The translations under genes and the position numbers were made by a program. From contig OZ242167.1 of NCBI GenBank assembly GCA_965205295.1, positions 3,017,390 through 3,081,389 of the forward strand: 64,000 bases of DNA, written 5' to 3'. Under the pieces are notes generated by a model, which saw nothing but the letters and a program-made list of their open reading frames with translations, was not told the DNA's origin and ran no database searches. This document shows positions 19,410-29,627 of this stretch, piece after piece (position 1 is the first letter of the stretch; each line of letters opens with the position of its first letter). This DNA comes from Candidatus Multivorans sp. (GTDB lineage: Bacteria; Acidobacteriota; Thermoanaerobaculia; Multivoradales; Multivoraceae).

Positions 19410-20365
19410 CGCCGGCAAGGGAGATCCGGGACGTACCCACGTCCGTTCGTCAGCGACTCCTGAACCTCGCCCGCGCCCAGAACGTCGACTTCAATCTCAT
19501 GCTGCAGCGCTTCGCGGCTGAGCGCTTTCTCTATCGCCTCTCGGTGTCCGACGAGGTCGACCGATTCACTCTGAAAGGCGCGGCTCTCTTCCGGGTCTGG
19601 ACCGAACAGGAACTGCGACCCACCCGGGACATGGACTTTCTCGCGTCCGGACCCGAAGACCATGCGACCCTACGGACCTCCTTTCAAGCAATCTGCGCAG
19701 TGCCGTGCCTCCAGGACGGCGTCGTCCTTGACCCAGCGACGATCCGGATGCACGACATCCGTGGCGACCAGCCTTACGGCGGTGTGCGCGTGCGGATGGA
19801 GGGCGGTCTCGGCCAAGCGCGACTCCACCTCCAAGTGGACATCGGCTTTGGCGACGTCATCACGCCCGAGCGTGAGGAGCGGGACTATCCCACCCTTCTG
19901 GACCTGCCCGCCCCGCGTCTCTGGACCTACCCACGGGAGACTCTTGTGGCCGAGAAGCTCGACGCAATGGTGCGCCTCGGTACGACGAACACCCGCGTGA
20001 AGGATCTCTGGGACATCGCCTGTCTCGCTCGCCTTTTCGCGTTCGACGGCGAGACGGTGCGAGCCGCGGTTGAGGCGACCTTCCGGCAGCGGCGAACATC
20101 GTTCGCGGGTGAGAGGCCGGTGGCGCTGCTGCCTGAGTACTACGAGGACACCGGGCGAGACCAGAGGTGGCAGGTGCTGCGGAGGCGGATAGGGCCGCAG
20201 GCCGATGGCCCGGCTCACCTCGTTGACGCTGGCGAGGAGCTGCGGACCTTCCTGGGTCCGGTCTGCGACAGCCTGATCGAGGACAGACCGTTCACGCAGG
20301 TCTGGCCCCCCGGCGGGCCGTGGCGAGCGGGAATTCAGGCTCTGACCGGAGGCGAAAAGCCATGA
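19406..20365 (+). CDS. abiEii: AbiEii/AbiGii nucleotidyltransferase toxin
   Basis: SVRQRLLN, LKGA, RPTRDMD, VDIGFGD, AEKL, NTRVKDLWD; ATGA coupling on both sides. Confidence 0.92.
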   Translation: MTPAREIRDVPTSVRQRLLNLARAQNVDFNLMLQRFAAERFLYRLSVSDEVDRFTLKGAALFRVWTEQELRPTRDMDFLASGPEDHATLRTSFQAICAVPCLQDGVVLDPATIRMHDIRGDQPYGGVRVRMEGGLGQARLHLQVDIGFGDVITPEREERDYPTLLDLPAPRLWTYPRETLVAEKLDAMVRLGTTNTRVKDLWDIACLARLFAFDGETVRAAVEATFRQRRTSFAGERPVALLPEYYEDTGRDQRWQVLRRRIGPQADGPAHLVDAGEELRTFLGPVCDSLIEDRPFTQVWPPGGPWRAGIQALTGGEKP

Positions 20366-21669
20366 CCGAGACTACCCACTGGACCGAGGAAGAAGCCCGG
20401 CGACGCTTTCAGCGGTACCCAGAATACAGGGACTCCGACATCGAGTGGCTGCCGGAGATTCCGGCGCACTGGAACTCTACGCGGCTCCGCTTCGTCGTTG
20501 AAACGAGACTCACCAAGAAAGAAATAAGCACCCTCAATCCCGAGACCGAGGTCTCTTTTGTTCCGATGGAAGCGATCCGCGAGTACGGCGGCCTGAGCCT
20601 CGATTCGACCAAACCGCTCTCAGAGGTCCTCGACGCCTACACGTACTTCCGCGACGGAGACGTCATCGTTGCCAAGATCACGCCGTGCTTCGAGAACGGT
20701 AAGGGCGCTCTAGCCAAAGGCCTCTCCAGTAGCGTCGGCTTCGGAACGACCGAGCTCCACGTGCTACGTCCGTCCTCCGAGGTGGAAGCTCGTTTCCTTC
20801 TCTACCTGACTTTCGGCAACCACTTCCGCCTCATCGGAGAGGCCTCCATGTATGGCGCGGGCGGCCAGAAGCGAATCTCTGGTGACTTTGTTCGCAACTT
20901 CCGCCATCCTCTACCCTCCTTCTCCGAGCAACAAGCAATCGCTGATTTCCTCGACCGCGAGACAGCGAAGATCGATGCGCTGGTAGAGAAGAAGGAGCGC
21001 CTGATCGAGTTGCTTCAGGAGAAACGCACCGCCCTCATCACCCGCGTCGTCACGCGGGGCCTCGACCCCAAAGTCCCAATGAAGGACTCCGGCGTCGAGT
21101 GGCTACGTGAGATCCCTGCCCACTGGGATGTGAAGCGGCTCAGGTGGGCGATCAAGTTCCAACGCGGTCACGACCTCCCAAGTCACGAGCGTCAAGAAGG
21201 CGATATTCCTGTCGTCTCGTCATCAGGCGTGTCGTCGACTCATTCCCGCGCCGTAGCCGGCGCCCCGGGAATCGTCACCGGCCGCTACGGCACTATTGGC
21301 CACTTCCACCTGATTACAGAGGACTACTGGCCTCTAAACACGACGCTGTACAGCATAGATCTACGGAACAATAGCCCGAGGTTTCTCAGGTACATGCTTG
21401 GCAATCTGTCGTCGTTGTTCGTCGCCAACGCGCAGAAATCCGCCGTACCGGGGGTAGACAGAAACGACATCCATCCTATTGAAACGGCCATCCCTGCACC
21501 GCCGGAACAGCGGGCCATCGCCGATTTCCTGGATCGCGAGACTCGCAAGGTGGATGCCCTCGTTGCAAGGGTCGGTGAGGCCATCGGAAGGCTCAACGAG
21601 CTACGCACCGCCCTGATCTCTGCGGCCGTCACCGGCAAGATCGACGTACGGGAGGCAACACCTCGATGA
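20362..21669 (+). CDS. hsdS: Type I R-M specificity subunit
   Basis: Two TRDs separated by [17 protein letters not shown]...MKDSGVEW; ends [13 protein letters not shown]. Confidence 0.95.
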   Translation: MTETTHWTEEEARRRFQRYPEYRDSDIEWLPEIPAHWNSTRLRFVVETRLTKKEISTLNPETEVSFVPMEAIREYGGLSLDSTKPLSEVLDAYTYFRDGDVIVAKITPCFENGKGALAKGLSSSVGFGTTELHVLRPSSEVEARFLLYLTFGNHFRLIGEASMYGAGGQKRISGDFVRNFRHPLPSFSEQQAIADFLDRETAKIDALVEKKERLIELLQEKRTALITRVVTRGLDPKVPMKDSGVEWLREIPAHWDVKRLRWAIKFQRGHDLPSHERQEGDIPVVSSSGVSSTHSRAVAGAPGIVTGRYGTIGHFHLITEDYWPLNTTLYSIDLRNNSPRFLRYMLGNLSSLFVANAQKSAVPGVDRNDIHPIETAIPAPPEQRAIADFLDRETRKVDALVARVGEAIGRLNELRTALISAAVTGKIDVREATPR

Positions 21670-22331
21670 CCTTCGAGCCCCACTTCACCGTCACCCACAG
21701 GATCACCGCCGATCTCACGCGCATCGAGCGGGCACGCGGGTTCCTGGAAGCCGCGAGACTTTCCGAGGAGTGGATCCGCCAGATGGGCGCTGGTGCACTC
21801 ATTCTCGAAGCGCACCACACGACCCACATCGAGGGAACGAAGCTCTCGCTGCACGAATCCGAGCGGCTTCTGGCTGGCGAGTCCGTACCCGGGGCGGAGC
21901 CCGAGGACGTACGCGAACTCCTGAACTACCGCGACGCGTTCGATTTCGTCTCAGCCTGGCTCGGCAGCGGTGGACCGATCACCGAAGGACTGGTCCGGGA
22001 GATCCACAAGCGCCTCGTCGACGGCGTCCGTGGCGGGGCCGCCGCGCCTGGAGATTACCGGCGCCTCCAGAACTACGTAGTGAACTCGGCTACCGGAGCG
22101 GTGATCTACACGCCGCCACCGGCACACGACGTACCCATCCTGATGCGAGAACTGGTGGACTGGCTGAACCGAGAGACGATTCAGGACTTCACGGGACTTT
22201 GCCCCGAGACGAACCGCCGGACACTCCAGCGGGATTTGAAGGCGCTTGTGGATAAGGGCTTGCTCGTCGGAGGGGGAACCGCCCCGACGGATCCAACGCG
22301 GCACTACCGGCCGGCACCCGGCCTGATGTGA
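21666..22331 (+). pseudogene. Fic family protein with an in-frame deletion of the catalytic core; keeps the C-terminal wHTH
   Basis: [25 protein letters not shown]...LVDWLN, then directly RRTLQRDLK; no HPFxxGNGR. Confidence 0.8.
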
Positions 22332-22338
22332 CCGGGCG

Positions 22339-22416
22339 AGCTGCGACAAGCTGTGACACCGAGCTACGACAAGCTGCGACACCAGCTACGACAAGCTGTG
22401 ACATCGAGCTGTGACA
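22339..22416 (+). repeat. Array of seven 10-bp AGCTRYGACA units
   Basis: Units start at 22339, 22349, 22362, 22372, 22384, 22394, 22407. Confidence 0.9.
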
Positions 22417-22459
22417 CGGCACCGCGCCCAGACCGCGTCCTTCAAGCCCACCGCCCAAC

Positions 22460-25400
22460 ATGACCCCCGACATCTCCGAACACGCCTTCGAGCACGCCAT
22501 CGAGCGGGCGCTCCTCCGGCACGGCCCCGACGCCTACCCGCTCGATTCCGCCGAACTGCGGGAGCCCGCCGCGTCGTACGCCGACGAGCCCCTGCCGGGC
22601 AGCTACCAGAAGCGCCGGCCCGAGGACTACGACCGCAACCTCTGCCTCGTCCCTGCCGATGTCCTCGACTTCCTCCTGGCCACCCAGCCAAAGGAGTGGA
22701 CGAGGCTCAAGCAGCACTACGGCGCCGACGTGAAGCCGCGCTTCCTGGGCCGCCTGTCACGCGAGATCGCCCGGCGTGGCGCCCTCGACGTACTGCGAAA
22801 CGGCGTCAAGGACTCCGGCTGCAACTTCCGGCTCGCGTACTTCCAGCCGGCAAGCGGCCTCAACGAGGAACTCCAACGCCTGCACGCAGCCAACCTCTTC
22901 GCCGTGGTACGCCAGCTCCACTTCAGCGACAAGACCGAAGAAAGCGTCGACCTCGGGCTCTTCCTGAACGGCATTCCCATCTTCACGGCAGAGCTCAAGA
23001 ACCCGCTCACCGGGCAGACCGTCGAGGACGCCATCCGGCAGTACAAGAACGACCGGGATCCGCGGGAACCTCTCTTCGGCTACGGGCGCTGCCTGGCCCA
23101 CTTCGCCGTGGACCCGGAACAGGTGTTCGTGACCACGCAGCTCGCGGGGCCGAAGACCCGGTTCCTGCCGTTCAACCGGGGCCGTTTCGGCGGCGCGGGG
23201 AATCCACCGGTCCCGCCCACCCGCGAGGGCTACGCGACCGATTACCTCTGGGAGCGGATTTGGGCCCGCGACAGTGCCCTCGACCTCATTCGGCAGTTCA
23301 TCCAGGAGGTCACGGAGGAGGATGATCGCGGGCGCAGGACTGGCAAGCGCTTCCTGATCTTCCCCCGCTACCAGCAGCTCGACTGCGTGCGCCGGCTCGT
23401 CAACCACGCGCGCAACCACGGCCCCGGCGAGCGATACCTGATCCAGCATTCCGCCGGCAGCGGCAAGAGCTACACGATCGCCTGGCTCGCCCACCAGCTC
23501 TCGGTGCTGCATGACCTCGACGACCGGCGCGTCTTCGACTCGGTGGTCGTGGTGACCGACCGGCGAGTGCTCGACCGCCAGCTCCAGCAAACCGTCCGGC
23601 AGTTCGAGCAGACCCTCGGTGTGGTCGAGAACATCGACCACACCTCGCGCCAACTCCGCGAGGCCCTGGAAGCCGGCCGGACGATCATCGTCACCACGTT
23701 GCAGAAGTTCCCGGTCATCGCCGATGAGATCGGCCAGCTCCCCGGCAAGCGCTTCGCGGTGATCGCGGACGAAGCGCACTCCTCGCAGTCCGGTGAGAGC
23801 ACCAAGAGCCTCAAGGCCGTCCTCGACGCGGAGAGCCTGGAGGAGGCCGAGCAGGCAGAGGCAGGCGCACTCACTCCCGAGGAGGAGCTCGAAGACCGCG
23901 TCCACGAGGAGATCCGCCTCCGCGGGCCACTCCCGAACCTCTCGACGTTCGCCTTCACGGCCACGCCGAAGCCCAAGACCCTCGAGCTCTTCGGCGAGAA
24001 GCAGCCGGACGGCAAGTTCAAGCCCTTCCACCTCTACACCATGCTCCAGGCGATCGAGGAGGGGTTCATTCTCGACGTGCTCAGCAGCTACACCACCTAC
24101 AAGGCCTACTGGCGCCTGAAGAAGAGGATCGAGGACGACCCGCGCTACGACAAACGGAAGGCAGAGCATCTGCTCAAGTCCTTCGTGGAGCTCCACTCGC
24201 ATGCCATCCGCGAGAAGATCGCCATCTGCGTGGAGCACTTCGCCAAGCTGGTCGCGCATGAGATCGGCGGCCGCGCCAAGGCGATGATCGTCACGCGTTC
24301 GCGCCTGCACGCGGTGCGCACCAGGCTCGCCCTGGATCGCTACCTGGAGGAAAAGGGCCACCCTTGGAAGGCGCTCGTCGCCTTCTCCGGAACCGTCAAG
24401 GACGGCGGCGAGTCCTACACGGAGTCCGGCATGAACTCGGCCGGGCAGGGACGGGTGATCGGCGAGCGGCAGACGGCCGCCGAGTTCGACAAGCCCGAGT
24501 ACCGCTTCCTGGTGGTCGCCAACAAGTTCCAGACCGGCTTCGACCAGCCGTTGCTCCACACCATGTACGTGGACAAGAAGCTCGGCGGGGTGAACGCGGT
24601 TCAGACGCTGTCCCGCCTGAACCGCACCCACCCCGACAAGCACGGCACGATGGTCCTCGACTTCGCCAACGAGCCCGATGAGATCCAGAAGGCCTTCGAG
24701 CTGTACTACGAGACCACCCTCCTCTCCGAAGAGACCGACCCCAACCTGCTTTACGAAGTCCAGGGACGGTTGCTCGACTTCGGCGTGTTCGCGGCCGCCG
24801 ACATCGACACCTTCGCACGGGCGTACTTCGCTCCGAAGGCGACCCAGGACCGGCTCTACGCCGCACTCGAAACCGCCCGCCAGCGTTTCGCCGAGCTAGT
24901 CGACGAAGAAGGCCGGGACTTCCTCGGCCAACTCACCGACTACACCCGCCTCTACGCCTTCCTCTCCCAGGTCCTGACCTTTGCCGACACCGACCTCGAG
25001 AAGCTCCACCAGTTCGCCAGACACCTCCGCCGCCTGCTATCCGTCGGCCGAGAGGCGCTGCCGCTCGAGGTGCAGCAGAACATCGACATGGAGTCCTTCC
25101 GCATTCAGCGGACAAGCCGCGGCCGGATTGCGCTCGAACGGCAGGTTCGGCCGCTTGAGCCCGCCGGAAGCAAACCCGGAGGCGGTGCCGGCGGCGAGCA
25201 ACTGGAAGCCCTGTCCAGGATCATCGAAGCCCTGAACGAGCGCTTCGGCCTGAACCTCGGCGACGAGCACCGCGTCACGCTCGAGCAAATCCGATCCGCC
25301 CTCGACCAGGACGCAGGCCTCAACGCGAGTGCCCGCGTGAACACCCGCGAGAACGTCCGCCTGACCTTCGACCCCAAGGTCGAGGACAAGATCCAGGAGA

Positions 25401-26020
25401 TCGTCGAGACCAACTTCGACCTCTACAAGCGCATCACCGACGACCCCGACTTCGGCCAGACCCTCAAGGACTTCCTGTTCGAGGACTACATCAAGCGCCA
25501 CCGGCGAGCCGAGGAACTCCTCAAGCTCCAGGAATCCAAGACGCTCGAGTTCAAGTCGAGCCTGCGCTGGAGCCTGAAGGAGGGCCGCAAGGACGACAAG
25601 CACGTCACCCACGCGGCCCTCAAGACCATCGCCGCGTTCCTCAACACCGACGGCGGCGACCTTCTGATCGGCGTCGACGACGACCGCAAGGTCCTCGGTA
25701 TCGACCACGACCGCCTGGAGACCGACGACAAGTTCATGCGACACTTGGCCCAAGTCGTGCGAAACGGCCTAGGCGACCGCGCCGGTACATGCATCGATCC
25801 CGAGACTCAGATCGTCGAGGGAAAGACGGTCTGTCTCGTTAGCTGCCAGAGAAGCCCGGAGCCCGTGTATCTGCGGTGGAAGGGTCTGGAGGCGGCGGAG
25901 GAGGGCGATCTCTACGTCCGAAGCGGCCCCGGCACGGTGCGGCTTGGTGGGAAGGATGCCAAGAAGTACGTAGCCACCCGGTTCGACCCGAACTGGTCGA
26001 CTTCTGATCACCCAGCCTGA
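22460..26020 (+). CDS. hsdR: Type I R-M restriction subunit with C-terminal Schlafen/AlbA_2 domain
   Basis: D..LFLNGIP...ELK, HSAGSGKS, DEAHSSQ, TATPK, QTLSRLNR; tail ESKTLEFKSS...KTIAAFLNTDGGDLLIGVDD. Confidence 0.95.
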   Translation: MTPDISEHAFEHAIERALLRHGPDAYPLDSAELREPAASYADEPLPGSYQKRRPEDYDRNLCLVPADVLDFLLATQPKEWTRLKQHYGADVKPRFLGRLSREIARRGALDVLRNGVKDSGCNFRLAYFQPASGLNEELQRLHAANLFAVVRQLHFSDKTEESVDLGLFLNGIPIFTAELKNPLTGQTVEDAIRQYKNDRDPREPLFGYGRCLAHFAVDPEQVFVTTQLAGPKTRFLPFNRGRFGGAGNPPVPPTREGYATDYLWERIWARDSALDLIRQFIQEVTEEDDRGRRTGKRFLIFPRYQQLDCVRRLVNHARNHGPGERYLIQHSAGSGKSYTIAWLAHQLSVLHDLDDRRVFDSVVVVTDRRVLDRQLQQTVRQFEQTLGVVENIDHTSRQLREALEAGRTIIVTTLQKFPVIADEIGQLPGKRFAVIADEAHSSQSGESTKSLKAVLDAESLEEAEQAEAGALTPEEELEDRVHEEIRLRGPLPNLSTFAFTATPKPKTLELFGEKQPDGKFKPFHLYTMLQAIEEGFILDVLSSYTTYKAYWRLKKRIEDDPRYDKRKAEHLLKSFVELHSHAIREKIAICVEHFAKLVAHEIGGRAKAMIVTRSRLHAVRTRLALDRYLEEKGHPWKALVAFSGTVKDGGESYTESGMNSAGQGRVIGERQTAAEFDKPEYRFLVVANKFQTGFDQPLLHTMYVDKKLGGVNAVQTLSRLNRTHPDKHGTMVLDFANEPDEIQKAFELYYETTLLSEETDPNLLYEVQGRLLDFGVFAAADIDTFARAYFAPKATQDRLYAALETARQRFAELVDEEGRDFLGQLTDYTRLYAFLSQVLTFADTDLEKLHQFARHLRRLLSVGREALPLEVQQNIDMESFRIQRTSRGRIALERQVRPLEPAGSKPGGGAGGEQLEALSRIIEALNERFGLNLGDEHRVTLEQIRSALDQDAGLNASARVNTRENVRLTFDPKVEDKIQEIVETNFDLYKRITDDPDFGQTLKDFLFEDYIKRHRRAEELLKLQESKTLEFKSSLRWSLKEGRKDDKHVTHAALKTIAAFLNTDGGDLLIGVDDDRKVLGIDHDRLETDDKFMRHLAQVVRNGLGDRAGTCIDPETQIVEGKTVCLVSCQRSPEPVYLRWKGLEAAEEGDLYVRSGPGTVRLGGKDAKKYVATRFDPNWSTSDHPA

Positions 26021-26192
26021 ACGAACGCGTCGGCGGCCTCTCCATTGAAAAGCACCTTCTCTGCACTGTCACGGCGTCTCCCCTACGCACAGCCTTACCA
26101 CGTTTGCCTCCGCTCTAACCGGCTGTCGTCTCCCTGAGCGCCCACGTCGTATTCCCGTCCCTTACCACTCGTCTCACCTTAGGACCAGACCT

Positions 26193-27494
26193 ATGACCTC
26201 CACCGCCCCCGTTTCGTCCTCGTCCTCGGCTAGAACCCTCTGTGCTCGACGCGGAAGTCAGTGGCTCACCCACCACGAACTTGAAGCCCACCTTGCGACC
26301 GCCGTACGACTCGAGAACGTCGGCGTGTTCCTCGGTGCCGGCAGCTCCTTGAAGCCCTTGGGCGGCATGACCGTCTCGGGCCTGTGGAGTCACTTTCGAC
26401 AGCAGTACACCACAAGCGTAGCTTGGCTGCGCGATGAGAACTTCATTCCCTCCGAAGACCAGGAGCAGGAAGACCAGGTGGACCTCGAGCAGCTCCTCGA
26501 CGCTCTCGATGTCACACGCCTGGAATGGAAGCGCGTTCATCGGCCGCGCAAACTCGCACAGCTGTCCCGCGTCCGCGCCAACCTCTTGCGGACTGTCATT
26601 CGGGGCTCCCTGCTAGAACCCGATTGGTGGCGCAGGCCCGGTGCCCTGGACGCTGACCCCAGACCGCTCGCCAACCACCGAGGCTTGCTGCAGAAATTGA
26701 CAGCAGCCCGCCAACCTGGCCAGCCAAGTCCCTGGCTCTTCACGAGCAACTATGACCTGGCCATCGAGTGGGCTTCCGAGACACTCGGACTCAAAGTCAC
26801 CAACGGGTTCGATGGCCTTCATCGGCGAGTCTTCTCACCCCACAACTTTCACCTCGGCTACCGGAATACACTGGCGCGCGGTGAAGCTCGCTTCGGTACC
26901 TACAACATCTACCTCGCCAAACTGCACGGCTCTCTCAGTTGGCAGGTGGCACGAGACGGCACGGTAGAAGAGTTTCCAGCACACGCTCTATGGGCACAAG
27001 TCGATAGCTTCCTCAGGGGATCCTCGGGCGATCTTGACACTCACATCGTCTATCCCAGCGCCGCCAAGTACGTCGCGACTGTAGGCTTCGTGCTCGGTGA
27101 GTTGCTGCGCCGCTTCACCGAGTTTCTTGCTCGTCCTCAGACCTGCCTAATCGTGAGCGGTTACTCCTTCGCCGACGAGCATCTGAACCGCGTCCTTGCA
27201 AGCGCACTTCAGAACCCCACTTTGCAACTTATTGTGTACTTCCCGCGTGCGTCGCGGACGGGCGAAGCGCTCGCATTCGAAGGCGGTAGTCGCTGGATCC
27301 GACGTGTAGCTGACCTCGAATCTCCGCAGGTTACCGTCGTCGGCGGCGGATCGGCGGCTCATTTCGGGTCCATGGTAAGCCACTTGCCGGATCCTGCGAT
27401 CTACGACGAGCAGGCTGCCCAGATACGAGCGATGCTCAAGGAGTACTCCGAGTTCTCGAAAGAAAGAAACGTGAACGAAGGCACCAGCCCATGA
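26193..27494 (+). CDS. SIR2 family protein (SIR2-HerA defence system)
   Basis: FLGAGSS, FTSNYD, KLHGS, GYSFADEH. Confidence 0.92.
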   Translation: MTSTAPVSSSSSARTLCARRGSQWLTHHELEAHLATAVRLENVGVFLGAGSSLKPLGGMTVSGLWSHFRQQYTTSVAWLRDENFIPSEDQEQEDQVDLEQLLDALDVTRLEWKRVHRPRKLAQLSRVRANLLRTVIRGSLLEPDWWRRPGALDADPRPLANHRGLLQKLTAARQPGQPSPWLFTSNYDLAIEWASETLGLKVTNGFDGLHRRVFSPHNFHLGYRNTLARGEARFGTYNIYLAKLHGSLSWQVARDGTVEEFPAHALWAQVDSFLRGSSGDLDTHIVYPSAAKYVATVGFVLGELLRRFTEFLARPQTCLIVSGYSFADEHLNRVLASALQNPTLQLIVYFPRASRTGEALAFEGGSRWIRRVADLESPQVTVVGGGSAAHFGSMVSHLPDPAIYDEQAAQIRAMLKEYSEFSKERNVNEGTSP

Positions 27495-29389
27495 ATGGGC
27501 GAGAGCCCTTTGCTTACGTCGTCGCGATCTCCGGCGCAAGAGTCACTCTGAACCTCCTCGACGCCTACAAGGGCCACTTCGCCTCCCATCGCGGTGGTAT
27601 TTCCCCCGTGACGGAGGTCGGCCAACTGTTCGGTTTGGACGACGGCGCGAGAACCTTAGTACTGCGTGTCCGTTCTCTCTCCTTCTTGGAGCCCCGTGAA
27701 GCACATCAGGCCGGTGTCGGCTCCACATCTCTGCGTGGGCAGCCGTTGCGACACCTCGAAGCCATTGTGCTCGGCGCGATTTCCCGCACCCGCGATGGGC
27801 TCCGATTCGAAGCCGACTCACTTCTTTCGCCCGCTCTAGGCGCCGCAGCGACGGCACTCCGGCCCGAAGAACACGGAGCAATTCTTCGGCGGTCGGAAGA
27901 AGCAGGCCAGACTCTTAGTATGGGGACCGATGTCCGCGGCGGCTGCGAGTTGAGGGTTCCCATCTCAACGATCTTGGCACGGCACGTCGCCGTGCTAGGG
28001 AGCACGGGACAAGGCAAGAGTTGTCTCACGGCAGCAGTTATGCAGCAGTTGTTGCGGCTTCCGAGGGCCCGCATTGTGGTCTTCGACATAAACGGCGAGT
28101 ACGAAAGGGCCATTGAACCGCACACTGACGACGGGGAACTCAAGATCTCCGTGCTTGGAGGCCCAAAACCGAATCTGACGATTCCCTACGTCGCATTGGG
28201 CCGGCATGGCCTGGAACGCCTCCTACTTCCCAGCGAGAGGACGCAACGGCCGGCGCTCACCTTTGCGCTCGAGAGCCTGCGGTATGTACGGTGGTTCCCG
28301 GAAGAAGAAGGCGCCGGTCTAGGGCGTGACAACGCTGCTTGCCTATTCGACGATTGTAGGCCGGACCCAGACAGCCGCGCGGGAGAGGCAATTCAGACGT
28401 TGCGTATGCGACAGGCAACCCCCTCACCAGCGTGGCCCCATATGCGCGCATTGGCTTGTCTGGCGGCCGAGAGCTACTGCCTACAGCGGGGGCGCTACGG
28501 CCTGGAGAGGAACGCCTTTCAATACGGTCACGTTTCCCCGCTAGTCACACGCATCAGGCGCTACACAGAGGACCCATTGTTCCGAGCTGTAGTCGATGTC
28601 GACGGCGGCCCGCCTCAAACGTCGGAGGGCATGTCTTGGCAGAGCGAGGCTACGCACCTTGTTGACCAGGTCTTCGGTGCCAGGGCAGACAAGTGGAAGG
28701 TCCACATAGTGAATCTCCGCAACGTCGCGCATGACCTGCTGCCCATGCTACTCGGGGCACTGCTTGAGCTGCTTGCGTTTGAGATGTTTCGACGAGGACA
28801 GGGGGCCACCCATCCGACGCTGCTCGTGCTTGAGGAGGCCCACCACTATCTTCGGCAGATTGCGACTGGCGAGGATGGCGCTCATCAGATGTTGGCATAC
28901 GAGCGTTTAGCTAAAGAGGGCCGGAAGTTCGGCGTTTCTCTCTGGCTGGGCACCCAGCGACCCGCGGAGGTGTCTCCGACGGTGCTAGCGCAGTGTGGCA
29001 CATGGGCCGTCTTTCGCTTGACTTCCGAGCAGGATCTGCGGGCGGTCGCGGCTGCGGGAGAGTGGTTCGACCGGCAGGAGCTTGATCGGATTGCCGGCTT
29101 GCCCAGGCAGCACGCTGTTGTCTTCGGGGACAGTGTGCACATGCCAGTGCGGGTTCTCGCGCCTACGGCAGATCCGGTTCCCGAGTCGCAGGACCCAGAC
29201 TTCCGCATCTGGGAAGAGCCGGTCGGGACGGCAGAGCGGAGCGCGGAACAGGATGAACCCTCGCCCGCGGGCGGAGGGGCTGAGGCAGGAGCAACCGTGG
29301 TTCGGGAACGGGAGGCCGAGCGTCGAGCTACCGGACCCACACCGGGAGCAACTGCGGCAACTGATGACTCGGACGACATACCCTTCTAA
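27491..29389 (+). CDS. herA: HerA/DUF87 ATPase (SIR2-HerA defence system)
   Basis: HVAVLGSTGQGKS, FDINGEY, LEEAHHY, KEGRKFG, TQRP.E; ATGA coupling with SIR2. Confidence 0.93.
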   Translation: MNGREPFAYVVAISGARVTLNLLDAYKGHFASHRGGISPVTEVGQLFGLDDGARTLVLRVRSLSFLEPREAHQAGVGSTSLRGQPLRHLEAIVLGAISRTRDGLRFEADSLLSPALGAAATALRPEEHGAILRRSEEAGQTLSMGTDVRGGCELRVPISTILARHVAVLGSTGQGKSCLTAAVMQQLLRLPRARIVVFDINGEYERAIEPHTDDGELKISVLGGPKPNLTIPYVALGRHGLERLLLPSERTQRPALTFALESLRYVRWFPEEEGAGLGRDNAACLFDDCRPDPDSRAGEAIQTLRMRQATPSPAWPHMRALACLAAESYCLQRGRYGLERNAFQYGHVSPLVTRIRRYTEDPLFRAVVDVDGGPPQTSEGMSWQSEATHLVDQVFGARADKWKVHIVNLRNVAHDLLPMLLGALLELLAFEMFRRGQGATHPTLLVLEEAHHYLRQIATGEDGAHQMLAYERLAKEGRKFGVSLWLGTQRPAEVSPTVLAQCGTWAVFRLTSEQDLRAVAAAGEWFDRQELDRIAGLPRQHAVVFGDSVHMPVRVLAPTADPVPESQDPDFRIWEEPVGTAERSAEQDEPSPAGGGAEAGATVVREREAERRATGPTPGATAATDDSDDIPF

Positions 29390-29454
29390 GCATCGGGCCG
29401 GACTTGCACGCGAGTCGTTGCGGCAGCACCAAGTTGTCCGACCGGCAAGCAGCC

Positions 29455-29600
29455 GCGCTAAAGGGCTGTTCGATGAAGCGAAACGCACCGGCGGACCGGC
29501 GCGCCACTACCGGTTGGCCGACGGCCTCACGGGGCCCGGGCAAGAGCTGTGACGAGCTGCGACACCGAGCTGTGACATGGTGTGACAGTCGGCTGTGACG
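29455..29600 (+). repeat. Degenerate copy of the Fic gene 3' end plus five AGCTGTGAC-like units
   Basis: CGCCACTACCGGTTGGCCGACGGCCT resembles CGGCACTACCGGCCGGCACCCGGCCT near 22300; repeat units from 29545. Confidence 0.75.
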
Positions 29601-29627
29601 CCAACTCGCCCTAGCCGTAGGTATAGC

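Noticed and set aside
22339-22416. Possible CRISPR array
   Set aside because: Units are 10 bp with 0-3 bp spacers and there are no cas genes; reported as a tandem repeat instead
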